The notes beneath the pieces were generated by a model. The model saw only the letters and a list, made by a program, of their open reading frames with translations, was not told the origin of the DNA and ran no database searches. A program made the translations under genes and the position numbers. A stretch of 62,574 bases of DNA, the filler included, from Rhabdomonas costata (lineage: Eukaryota), in assembly GCA_019059605.1 (NCBI GenBank). It is 30 parts of 30 records of this genome, joined end to end, with 100 filler letters (N's around TTAATTAATTAA, not from the genome) between each part and the next. Parts side by side here need not be neighbours in the genome. Positions count along the whole stretch, not along the records: positions 50,139 to 52,134 come from JAHMHO010006683.1; positions 52,235 to 54,222 come from JAHMHO010006684.1; positions 54,323 to 56,309 come from JAHMHO010006685.1; positions 56,410 to 58,397 come from JAHMHO010006686.1; positions 58,498 to 60,486 come from JAHMHO010006687.1; positions 60,587 to 62,574 come from JAHMHO010006688.1; 24 more parts are not named here. The stretch is one strand, 5' to 3'. Shown here in pieces: positions 50,184 to 61,134 of this stretch. How positions within the stretch are numbered: the stretch's first letter is position 1; each line of letters starts with the position of its first letter.

Positions 50184-51487
50184 GAGGTGGCACAGTTGGT
50201 GTTTCCTCAGTCCAAGGCCACTTCTGGGGTTGCTTCAAAAAAGTCCCAAGTCCCGCGAAAGCGGCCCCCGCCGGTCCCCACGCCCTCAGAGTCGCTCCCC
50301 GATGGATGGACCGCTGAAGTATGCCAATGGGTGTTCGGAGGTCACCTGCCGTTGGAGTTCATGTTCTCATGCAATCTCCATATATGAAAATCATTTCGAT
50401 ATCGTATGGCACGGTGCATATCCAAAGTGCAAAATGGCTGGTTACAAAATCGACAGCCGTAATTCTCAGGGCATTTCGAAAACCCACGAACAGCGTATGG
50501 TTGATGTTCCTCCATATCTGGTCTCATGTGATGACAGCTTTTTTGGTCTCCATCCCCTTTGTGTTGATGGGTAACCACTGTTAGCGGTTACCCATGTCAC
50601 AGATCCTTGTAGCGTGTCACAGATCCCTGTTGTGCATCCTTGCACAGCCCTCCTTTCATTCCTTTCATTTTTTGTGTGGTGTACCACACTCCACCTGTGC
50701 GCTTATATCTTTTATATCTTGGCATTCTCTCTCGAACGATTAGCTCTGCTAACTGCGTTTTGGTGAGAAACCAGGTCTCTTGGAAACTGGGTAAGGTGGG
50801 GCGGGTTGTTGGGCGTGTCCGAATCCCCAGATGCACATTCCGAGAGGGACTCAGGGTTTTTTTTTTGCTATGCTTGTTCATGTTGAAGCGCATCGCATTT
50901 CCCCGTTTTAGGAATTGGGCTTGATGGCCTTTCATCAAAATAGTGTTCGTCTCCCTTTGCATACCTTTCGGCGCTTGGCTTGCCCTCTCTGGTGTTGGAC
51001 AGTGGGCAGGGAATGGGTGGTTGCAGCTGCTGGGCAGACTGTGGGAGGTACGTCTGCGGTTCGATCGGCGGCTCCCGGGCTACTGGGACTCCGTGGCCTC
51101 TGAAATGGGCAAGCCACGGGATGAGTGCCTGGCTGCAGCCGAGGCCACGTTCTGCTCCCCAAAGAAACGTATCTACACCACCACCCCTATCACTCCTTGC
51201 CGCTCGTCTTCAGTCTTCTATGGTTGTAGCTTCATGTTGCAGCGGCACTCTGAGTGCGTAACCCAGGTCTTCGAGGTTTTAACGCCGTTTAGTATCTCTT
51301 TTCCTTTCTTTCTCCGGAAACTTTTGATATGGACACGTAACTTTTTATTGCCATGGGCACTCTATCGCTTGTTCTCTTCCGCAGGGCCGTGTGCCAGACC
51401 GCGTCGGAGCGAGGAAGCCCAGCCACTGTCCCGCGGAAGGTCCGCGGCTAAACCCAGGGCCCAGCGGCTGAAGGAGATCGCCAGACT
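50184..51487 (+). CDS. SANT/Myb-domain protein (M18BP1/KNL2-like Myb subtype), partial; 3 exons
   Basis: Exons 50184-50318, 51027-51168 and 51385 to about 51487 splice to GWTAE|LLGRLWEVRLRFDRRLPGYWDSVASEMGKPRDECL. Confidence 0.7.
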
Positions 51488-51960
51488 GTGTGCCTTGGTG
51501 ATTGTTCGCCCTGCGTGCGTGGGTGCCTAGATGTTTATGTGGATGCCTAGATGCGTGCGACCTGACACATGACATGGCGCCGAGGTGGGAAGCGACTATA
51601 CGCAGGGTGGTGGGAAAGTGCTGGGACTGGGACTTGGGACCACGCGCGTGAGAAGTCCCATATATAAGTGAGGAGGATATACTTCTGCTAAGGGATTTGG
51701 ATATGCACTTTGCGTTGGGGCGTATGTGGCCCATCCTGTCGTCAATGCACGGCACCAGGGCCGTGTGCACCCTGTGGGGAAAAGTCCTTGAAGTCAACGT
51801 TATATGGCCCGATTCACAATATGCGTCAGAATTTTAGACACCCAATGGTACAAACATGGAGAGCGTCAATGCAATGATGCGGAAAGGCTAAAAAAGGATC
51901 ATGATGAGCTTGTTTCTCTCTCTTTTTTATGCTTTTTTCTTTGATATCCGACAAGTAAGG

Positions 51961-52050
51961 GCGCTGCGCTAACCCTAACCCCTACCCTAACCCTAACCCT
52001 AACCCTAACCCTAACCCTAACCCTAACCCTAACCTAGTGGCGCGCAGCGC
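51961..52050. mobile_element. 90-bp element: interstitial (CCCTAA)n array between 9-bp inverted repeats, flanked by a 5-bp direct repeat
   Basis: TAAGG [GCGCTGCGC, about 11 CCCTAA units, GCGCAGCGC] TAAGG. The telomeric array is certain; mobility is inferred. Confidence 0.65.
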
Positions 52051-52408
52051 TAAGGGGTCCCGCAACGAAACGAGGGTGCATGCTTACCCCAACATGGACT
52101 ACACCTACTTCGAGGAAGGGGGACCCCTCCCCGCNNNNNNNNNNNNNNNNNNNNNNNNNNNNNNNNNNNNNNNNNNNNTTAATTAATTAANNNNNNNNNN
52201 NNNNNNNNNNNNNNNNNNNNNNNNNNNNNNNNNNTGTTGTGTGGACTTTGAACAGCCTGTGTATGGCTTTGGTCGTCTTTCTCCCGCCCTTCTATCTGCA
52301 TAAGGGAAGAAAGACAAGGCTGGCCGCACCGGAGACGCATGCACAGACGCTGTGGAGTTGGCTGAAGGTTTGCATTGGAACTGAATCCCTGTGTTGGTTG
52401 GGCTCCAG

Positions 52409-53780
52409 GTTTACCTCACTCCGGAGTTCGCGCTGAAGCTCCCGCGCACCGGGGACTGGAAGAGGCTCTTCAAGGAGATGCTGCTGCTGCGCAACCTCTC
52501 GCACAGCCTGGTCACCGCGCCCGTTGCGCTGTGCTTTGACAAGCCCATGTACGCCCAGTCCCTGGTGGCCCAACTTGGGAGGCAGGGCCAGGTCCACGCC
52601 GAGCGCCTCCCCGACCCCAGGATGTTCTACGTGGTCTTGGCAGGGTACCTGAGGATGTGGAGGGTCCACGAGGAGCTGGGGCGGTTCCTGTTCTACTGCG
52701 ATCCTGGGTATACCTGAACCTTTCGTGTTTTTACTTTGGGCGGTGTGTCGGCCGACGTTGCGATGCCAACGTCCGCTCCGCGGCCTTTTTGTGGGCCGTT
52801 TATGGCAATAAGCCGACGGCTGATTGCCAACCGCTTGTCTCGCCCAGTTCTCCAACGGACCCTGTCCTTATCACGAAGCTCCGTATTTTCTGATCTTCGA
52901 GCATGACGGCTGAGGTGCGAGAGTGAAAATATGGAAATTGAAAAACCTCAGGCAGTGGAGGTTGTGTGTTCGTTCCCACGGTGCCTTTCTCGCTCTCGAT
53001 AGGCCGAAGAACTGGGGGGTGCCTCGGAAGGGCACTCCGCGGCTGCAGATCTTCGACCTGGACACCAGCACCACCATCGTGCCCGGGTCGATGTGCGCGG
53101 CAGAGGTAGACTGCGGGTGCGAGACCACGCCCGTGAAAGCCTGCGTCAACCACACCTGCACCCGGGAGGGTGTGTCCGTTGTGTGTGTGCGTGTGCATTT
53201 GGTGCGCGTGGGAGATGGAGTCACATTTCAGCATTTTATTGTAAGACTATTTTGGAATGTGTGAGATTGAATGAAAACTGGGAACTGGAAGGCGATACCT
53301 GCGCATGTCCTGATAGGACTGCAAGCTGCATACTTGACGGGACGAAGACCCTGCACCCCTCAAAATGCTGGTGCCCACTATTGTCATTTCTGGGCTCATC
53401 TTACAATCTTGCTAAGATCAAGGGAAACAGTATTTGAAGTCTAGTATCACATAGCTTCAGCCGATGCGCTCACGTTTTAGCTTTTATTTCTGGGCAATGG
53501 CGACTCAGGGGACACCGGGGAGGAGGTTGGGGGCTTAGGAATGGTTCAGAAGCTGAACAAAATGGTCCATGGCTGGCTGTGGGTGGTGATAACCCTGTAC
53601 GCCCCACCCTCGATCAAGAGCGAGCCTGCTACAGCCCAGCTTGTGAAGGAGGTTCGGCGAGAGCCGATCCGCTGTGAGGGGGTGAAGGCCTACCTCCGGG
53701 ACAAAGCCCCGGAGCTGCTGGAGGGGCTGCCGCCGTGCACTACCAAGTACATCTATGACCTCCCCGACTGGAAGGGCTGA
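52409..53780 (+). CDS. Atypical protein kinase-like protein resembling the FAM69/DIA1/PKDCC/POMK group, C-terminal part; 3 exons
   Basis: Exons 52409-52707, 53003-53169 and 53539-53780 (TGA) give FALK, LFKE, FYCDPG|PKNW and IFDLD, then a Cys-rich segment. Confidence 0.7.
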
Positions 53781-54844
53781 CAGTAGTAACCAAATTTTCG
53801 CCTATGGGGCGCTGCGGGCTGGTGTCTCGTGAGACGACACTCTTTGCGGGGTTGACTCATCGCAACTTGCAACTGAGTCAAGCAGATCGCTCTGGCTCTG
53901 CCCAACTGCTGAGCACGCCTTCTCGCCTTATCTGTGGGGCGTCGTGAGTCTAACTGTGGGCTGCGACCGGGGAATGCAGTGAATGTGAATGGTGCGTGGT
54001 CCCTCCTCCCGCTGTCTTATTGGAAAGAAAAACGGGCAAAGGTGAGTTATTCAGTCAGTCCGCACCCGTATATCGCGCTCCTCTTACCTAGCCTCATCAC
54101 CGGCGTTCTTATTACCTCGCTTTCCGCGAGACGGTTGTCCTTCGTCCGTAAAAGTCTCTTGGTCCATGGGTCGTACGTCGGTTCTGCCGAGGACAATAAG
54201 AATGCTGTTCGACCAACCCCCCNNNNNNNNNNNNNNNNNNNNNNNNNNNNNNNNNNNNNNNNNNNNTTAATTAATTAANNNNNNNNNNNNNNNNNNNNNN
54301 NNNNNNNNNNNNNNNNNNNNNNGGGGTGGTCCCGATACTTGCACGCCCAAGTACCACACTCACCGCAGGTGACCGCCACACGAATGACGTACTTGGAGCA
54401 GTGCTGGTGCCCGCGGAAAGCCCCAGCGCAGCCCTCACCAGGGCGACGTTGGCGCTCTCTGTGGAACTCGCGTCTGGCTCCCTGCAGACAACGGCAGTGC
54501 ATTCCCCATCCATGAAATCTCGCTCGGAAGTCTCAGCGGCATTCTTCCGTTCTGGATCCTTTTGTCGTAGACACCATCACATGTCACGGACGCACACACA
54601 CGCTCAAGCTGACTTGTGTCGATAGACTGACATCCTTTCTCGGAGTTGACCATAGGGATGTCTCATGTGATCGTCGGTGTGCGTGGCATTGGTTTGATGG
54701 AGGTCTTTGCTGCCTACGGGCTGCAACCGGGCTTCCGAATTCTCTCCCGTTGCCTGGCCGCTTCTCCGGGGTGTGGGTAACCCCTTCTGCTTCTGAGCGG
54801 AAGTCCTTGGGAAACCTCCATGATGCTGGTTGTTCAGTGCTTAA

Positions 54845-56199
54845 ATGTACCCCGCCGAACGAATGTTGTCGGAGTACCATATCCCTGTCGTCCAAGACTA
54901 CAAATCCAGAGCGGAAGTAGAAACCTCACCCTACACTTCAAACCTTGTGGTCTCCTGGGGGGCCTTCCTCTTCAAAGAGGGCTTTTTGCCCACCCGAAAA
55001 TCATTTGTGGAGCTGCTGGCCCCCGCCGACGAGCAGGGACGGTGCGCCTGTGAAGGAACGGTGCGAAACCTTCAGAACTCTTGAGGATCAACGGGAAGGT
55101 GGAAAAGAGGAAAAAGAAGGAAGAAGGAAAAGAGGAAAACGGAATTCTTTTCGGAGAGGGAGGGCGTTAAACGAAAGGGTGTTGCGTGTGAGACTCAGTT
55201 TCTCTTCCACGGCGGATACATTGCTCTTCAATGCGCTATGACACCAAATCCCCAAACTGCGCCCCAGGCAACGTCTCCGCCTCAGCCGTCCGCTGCATCC
55301 GCCTGAGTTGGTCTTCGCCTCCTGGGATGACCTGCACGGGTTCAGAATAGCTCAGCAACACAACGGTTTCGGTTCCAACCCCCCCAAAAAAAGCAAAAAG
55401 TTTTCATGGAAAATGTGTTCCTGTATGTGCGGTGTATGTCAGGGCGGCTGCGGCGCTGCCCTCGGACCCTGGGGGCCACCTTGTGGTCAGCTTCCTGGAG
55501 GTCCTCCTATCCCGCGAGGAAGTTCCCGAAGGAATGCCCCACACACGCATTTGCTCCTCCAATCTCAGGCACTGGTGTCGCACCTTTATGCTTCGTCGCC
55601 ACGCCGCCGTTAAGAATTCACTACGATTCAGAAGAAAAGCTGGTGCAACGTCTTGTGCACTATGGGCTTTCGCTGCCTTTAACCGCTGTAGTCCGCAAAT
55701 AACTCCTAGACCCCCCCCCCTTCGACTTCCAGATTCCTTTTTTTTCGCCTCTTGCATCCAAAACTTCTGCACCCCAAGTTCAGCGGCAAGAATTGGTTAC
55801 TGGGGAACTGACAGCGGAGTGTGGAAACAATTGAAGTTGAGAGCTGCAATTTCCTTGAGTACCCGCCAATGTAGGAGGGGCTCAAACCAAGGACAGATGG
55901 AGGAAGGGGGAAAGACATTCTCGGGAAAGGAACAAAAGAAGTTGGGTGGTGTGAAGATGAGAGGTGAGCAGGTGCGAGGAAGAGGTAGGGAGCTTCGAGG
56001 AGGGATGAAGCCCGTCACCGTGCTCCAGACTTCCTTTCATTCCTTCTTCCTCCCTCCCCATCCACGCAGGGTTTGCAGAGATACCGTTGCGCCACCGCTA
56101 CTCCTATCTCTTGCAGCACCCGTACCTGCACATCGACCGCGATTCGGCCCACGCTCACCCTCACCCCACCATCGCGCAGTGCCTGCCCCTGGGCGTCGA
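54845..56199 (+). CDS. Possible multi-exon hypothetical protein
   Basis: GC-rich blocks with plausible splice ends at about 54845-55060, 55443-55531 and 56070-56199. No family recognised and the exon joins are unverified. Confidence 0.3.
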
Positions 56200-58109
56200 G
56201 GTGCACCACCACCACCCATTCCTGTGCCTCCCGCCTCTTCCCTCGCAAACCGTGTTGCCTTGCCATGCTAATCTTTGCAGGCCTATGCAGGGTGCTGCCA
56301 CACCCAAAANNNNNNNNNNNNNNNNNNNNNNNNNNNNNNNNNNNNNNNNNNNNTTAATTAATTAANNNNNNNNNNNNNNNNNNNNNNNNNNNNNNNNNNN
56401 NNNNNNNNNTGTTGGGTGTGTTGGGGGTTTTGTTGCACTTTCACAACCTTCACCATGCTTTGGGATTCAAATTTGAATGCGCGCAACAGCACGGCACAGG
56501 TTCAACAAAGATGTTGCTGTACCTGCAGCTGGACTGCCAAGAGGGACACTGGCCACTCGTAACATCCTCCAGCTCAGCACTCTCCCATCGTTCAGGCACG
56601 CTGGCACAAGGCATTGGCACCACACAACGGAGCAATATGTATATTCGCGCTGTCCCGCAGGAAAGGAGGTGGCGCAGGCACGCACACACACACACAGACA
56701 GACGCAAGCACGCACGCTCACACACACAAAGTCCAAGAAACCTTGGCAACAGAAGGCCAGCTGCTGTTGCGGCGAGCAGACACTCCATCATAGGCGTGCC
56801 GAATGGGGAATCCAGGACCAAGAACCACTGGCTTGTGCACCACAACCGCACAGAGGGCACAATCATACGAAACACTCTGAAAAACACGAAAGGGATCAAA
56901 GCGGAGAGAGGGACCAAAGTTTCCCCAGCCTCAACCGAAAGCCGAAAAAACCAGCTGGTCCGAGTAGGAAAGGAGCTCAGAGGAGTGGCGAGGGACACAT
57001 GTCGCACCCTCAATCCAGAGCGCCAAAAGGGGCGGCCACATGACGGCCCTGTGTCTGTGCAAATGTATGAAGGGTCGAAAGGGAGGGCAAAGAAGACAGG
57101 CAGGTAACCGATTCACCTCTTCTTACACGGGGAAAAACACACAATCATTGCAAGGCAATTAACCACAAAACGCTGACTGCAGACAGTCGGCACGTGTCGC
57201 TCAAAATACACAGCAGTCCTCTAAGCAGGGGCAGCGTGACCAACTAGAATCCAAAGGAAACGAGCGGGAGAAGAAGACGTTGGGCGTATCCAGGGAATCC
57301 CAACTTCGCCTTATGTTAGGCTGCAGGAAAAAATGAGGGTGTCCAGAGACGTGAAAAACGAGGACGGAGGCCATCAGCTTAACGTGGCTGTAAGTGCCAC
57401 TCACACAACGAAGTGGGCCAAAATAAACGCAAGGCAAGGAACGTATCGACCACATCCCCCCCCCCTCCTCCGCACAGGAAACATGGCCAAAGAAAAGGAC
57501 GCAAACGTCACAATGGCCATTGCTGAGGAACACTCCCCCACTTCCCGTGCTCGTGAAGGGAGCACTCCGCAGGGCATTTTCCCAAGCAACAAAACCGCAC
57601 ACAACACCCATCTACAGCAAAGGGAACACCTCCCTCAACCTTCACCCTCGAACCCGTGACTTGTCAACGGGATAGTCTACGACCTCGCCTGCCACGTCAC
57701 CCAAGCACAAGCTTCTTCAGCTTCCTTAGCTTCTGAATTGCTCTGGGTATTGCCTGGCCGGGGCTGAGTGCGGTTGAAGGGCCCATCGTAACCGGTTGCC
57801 TGAGAAGCAAGTGATATAACAGCTTCCAGCTGAGCGGGACCCGAAATTATCAGTGAAGACTGAGGGAGGGTATGCGCACAAGACAAGCTGTGTAGAAGTC
57901 CTTCGGTATCTTTACCACGACGCAAAACTATTGCACAGAAGATGCCCATGCAAAAAATAGTTCTGAAGCAGTGCACCCTCTACACCAACAAATGGCAAAA
58001 GAGAGACTCAACCACGCAACCACACCCTGCTGAGGCCCAGACACGAAATGGCGGGTTGCTTGGACGGGGTCACTGCGTTTTCTCGGGGTTGGCGGAGGTC
58101 ATTGATCCA

Positions 58110-58300
58110 TTGCGGCACACGAGCACCCCTCTGTTTATGGTCTGGCAGAGTCTTGTGGTGGTCACAGGATCCACGGACTCATTGCCATTGCCTGGTGTGC
58201 ATGCTCTGGGGCGACCGGTGTGATCGCGGTGGGCTACTCCCAATTCATGCATGCTGTCATAACCTCGCACTGCATGAACTCCACGCCGTTTGTGCGGGCA
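58110..58300 (+). mobile_element. Second decayed CRE-like non-LTR fragment
   Basis: DP...HCLVCMLWGDR...CHNLALHELHAVC resembles the CRE motif D..G.HAL.C..GGDR..RHN. Confidence 0.45.
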
Positions 58301-58796
58301 TGCCCTTGTATTGAGTGGATTGCTCAAAAGACCCACAACAGAATGTTTTCTGCACACTAACACAATGAACTTCACTGGATAAAAGGACACCACCAACNNN
58401 NNNNNNNNNNNNNNNNNNNNNNNNNNNNNNNNNNNNNNNNNTTAATTAATTAANNNNNNNNNNNNNNNNNNNNNNNNNNNNNNNNNNNNNNNNNNNNGGG
58501 GGGTGGGGTATTTCCCGCTCCGTTTTCCACAAGTTTCTGCTTGCTTTGGTTATCGTTATTCGAATTTGAACAGTGACACCAAACCAAAGCAAAAAAAACG
58601 TCGTTGGGGGGTGTATATTTGCGGACGTCCGCACGTCCAGCTATTTTAATGTCTGCCCTTGTGTGGGATTGCCATTTTGCGCAAGCAAGCAACACACTTG
58701 TTGAGGTGCTCATCACACAAGGCCTCTACATGCGGAACAATGAAAATAAGGAAAAGTAGAAAGCAGAGAGGAGACTGGAAACCAAACACGAGGAGC

Positions 58797-59479
58797 GAAA
58801 CTTCTTCTGTGGTGGTTGCTCTTTCGTCTCACCGGAAACAAAGAGCAAAGGGGAAGTCTTCAGTAGAAACAAAACCTGCACTTGACAACAGCAGCAAGGT
58901 GTGTCATGAGCAGTTGGTTTCTGTCTTGTCAACAATCTCTTTGGCGTCCGTCTCTTGCCCGGTTGCTCTTTAGCTGTGCGGCACCGGCGCCTTCATACTC
59001 CTGGCCTGCACGCCAGAAGAGTGCGGATCACCAAGCATGGCCAAAACTTATGTCAGGTCAGGCAACCAAACGGCTTTGGGGTCCGCTTTCACCTGGTATC
59101 CGGGTTGCAGGGTTGCAGAGAGCTTTTATATCGAGTTTTGTCAAGACGCAAAGCCGGGGGGAAGAAGAAAGACCAAACCATCCAATAACCAATCGAAAAC
59201 TAAAAATCAAAGAATCGCTTTGTATATGCCACATGGCCCTCAAAAGCGTCCGGAAGCAGAAGCTGTGGTCTGAATGCAGTGCTCACACGCTTAGCCCTAA
59301 CTGGCTTTTACCTCAAGCTCAAGCGCGAGTCGGCGGTTCCAGAGAATTTTTTCGGAAATATAGAGAGCTAAGCCGACGCACGCCTGGGGTCGGAGTGCGT
59401 TACAGCACGGAGCGAACGAAGGAGGAAGACGTGCGTTTAAGGGGTGAGACGAAAGAGCAACTACCACAGAAAAAGTTTC
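58797..59479. repeat. 683-bp segment bounded by 37-bp inverted repeats; a third copy of the repeat lies on another contig
   Basis: 58797-58833 matches the reverse complement of 59443-59479 at 35/37. The copy at 23142-23172 matches at 29/31. Confidence 0.8.
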
Positions 59480-60011
59480 TAATTCAACCTCCCTATTAAT
59501 TATACCTGCTGCGGATGCACGGACCAAGATGAAAAACAGTCTATTAGTAGGAAAACTGGCAAAGGTCACCTAAACTGTGCTTTCAATGAGCTGTCCAGGT
59601 CCCCCCCCCCCGTAAAAAACCCTGCGGTGAATGAATTTGGACTGGCTGCAAGCACACGGGCTTCTTAATTGCACAATTTGGTTCTTTGCTCATCCCAGAG
59701 GCATCCTAGTGCATCCTCCAATACATGAGATCCGTTTGTAAATATACCGTGTTGCAATGCTTTTTGGTGATGCTTTTTGTCGCACCTCCAGAATATTGTG
59801 CGCAAAACAGAGATCTTTTGATCAATTTTGAAATAAGGAAACAAAGCAAAAAAAAACAACTCAATGATTATCTTGAATATGCACATAATGCACCTATTGC
59901 GTAAAAAACCGTCTTTGTGAATTTCTAAGCGTTTTTCGTGAGGCGACACTTTATGATTTTATGTTTGTCATTTAGAAATGCGTTAGTTTTAGGAAATTTT
60001 TGTTTCTAAAA

Positions 60012-60033
60012 ATAATAAATAAATAAATAAATA

Positions 60034-60065
<32 letters not shown>

Positions 60066-60100
60066 AAAATTAATAAATATAAATAAATAAATAAAAAGAA
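60012..60100. repeat. Compound (AAAT)n(AAAG)n microsatellite
   Basis: Directly visible tetranucleotide runs. Confidence 0.9.
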
Positions 60101-61134
60101 GAAGAAAATTTATTAAATATCAACATTTTTTTAATGAATCTCATGGGCGTTCTTTTTTGGAAAGGTAGAATACGAACGTATTGCTGCAGCTGAGGGTACA
60201 ACACCCGTTCGGGCAGATTTTGGAGGAACGCTGTTTTATTTTTGAACGGGTGTCTAATGAGAGCCCCTTTCACTGAAACATTTCCCAGCTTCATTACCCC
60301 TCTTCGCCCTGAGTTCAGCAATAGATGAATGGACGGCGTTACCGCACTCATGAGTTTCAAGTTTTTGGGATTTTGATTTTTGGCTTCACTTCTTGCAGTT
60401 TCAGGTTTCAGCACCAAACATATTTGACAAGAAACGCAAGCAGACTGGAGCACAAATTATATTCGCTGCGTGGTGTCACCAACAAANNNNNNNNNNNNNN
60501 NNNNNNNNNNNNNNNNNNNNNNNNNNNNNNTTAATTAATTAANNNNNNNNNNNNNNNNNNNNNNNNNNNNNNNNNNNNNNNNNNNNGTGGTGGGTGTGTT
60601 TGGGGGGGGTTTGAGAGGACAGGGGGAAGGCTGCTCACATAAGTCCTCCAATTATTGCGATTTTACCAATGCGCATCGTCCACACAACAGGTGTCTAAAT
60701 TGGGCATCACCAACGCAAAGGGCTAAAACTATGGCAGCGGAGGGAGTGTTTTTTTTCGAAAGCAGGCTGCAGACCGCACAGAGATTCAATAAGCAGAAAC
60801 AGCAGCGAGTAAGAAGGAAGTGGGAAAGGAGTTTCGGAAAAACAGAGGGAGTGGCGGAGACTCACCGGAGAACCAACACCCGGTTTCCTTCAACCCGCAG
60901 CGAGAGAACCAACACCCGATTTCTTTCACCAGGTCGACCGTGTTGGTTGTTTTTGTGCCCACTGGGAATCGGTTTATTGCGGTAGAGGTGAAGGGATTTT
61001 TGAAGCAGCAGTTTGCCACCGGTGAGCATGAAAAAGGACCGAAAGATAGTGGTGGTGATGATGGAAGCAGAGTTCCCTTTGGGTAAGAGAGAGCATGAGG
61101 AAGGGAGTTCGGGCCGAAGGGGGAGGGACATCAC

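Noticed and set aside
50290-50318. LPDGWTAE as the start of a WW domain
   Set aside because: The next in-phase exon completes a SANT/Myb domain instead.
55432-57107. Long ORFs of 187-279 aa in the ORF track
   Set aside because: They run through intron-like and CA-repeat sequence with no recognisable domain; probably chance open frames in GC-rich DNA.
1992-60586. Regularly spaced identical TTAATTAATTAA repeats, and ORFs ending in X...LIN or X...N
   Set aside because: Synthetic scaffolding linker; not a CRISPR array or a biological repeat.
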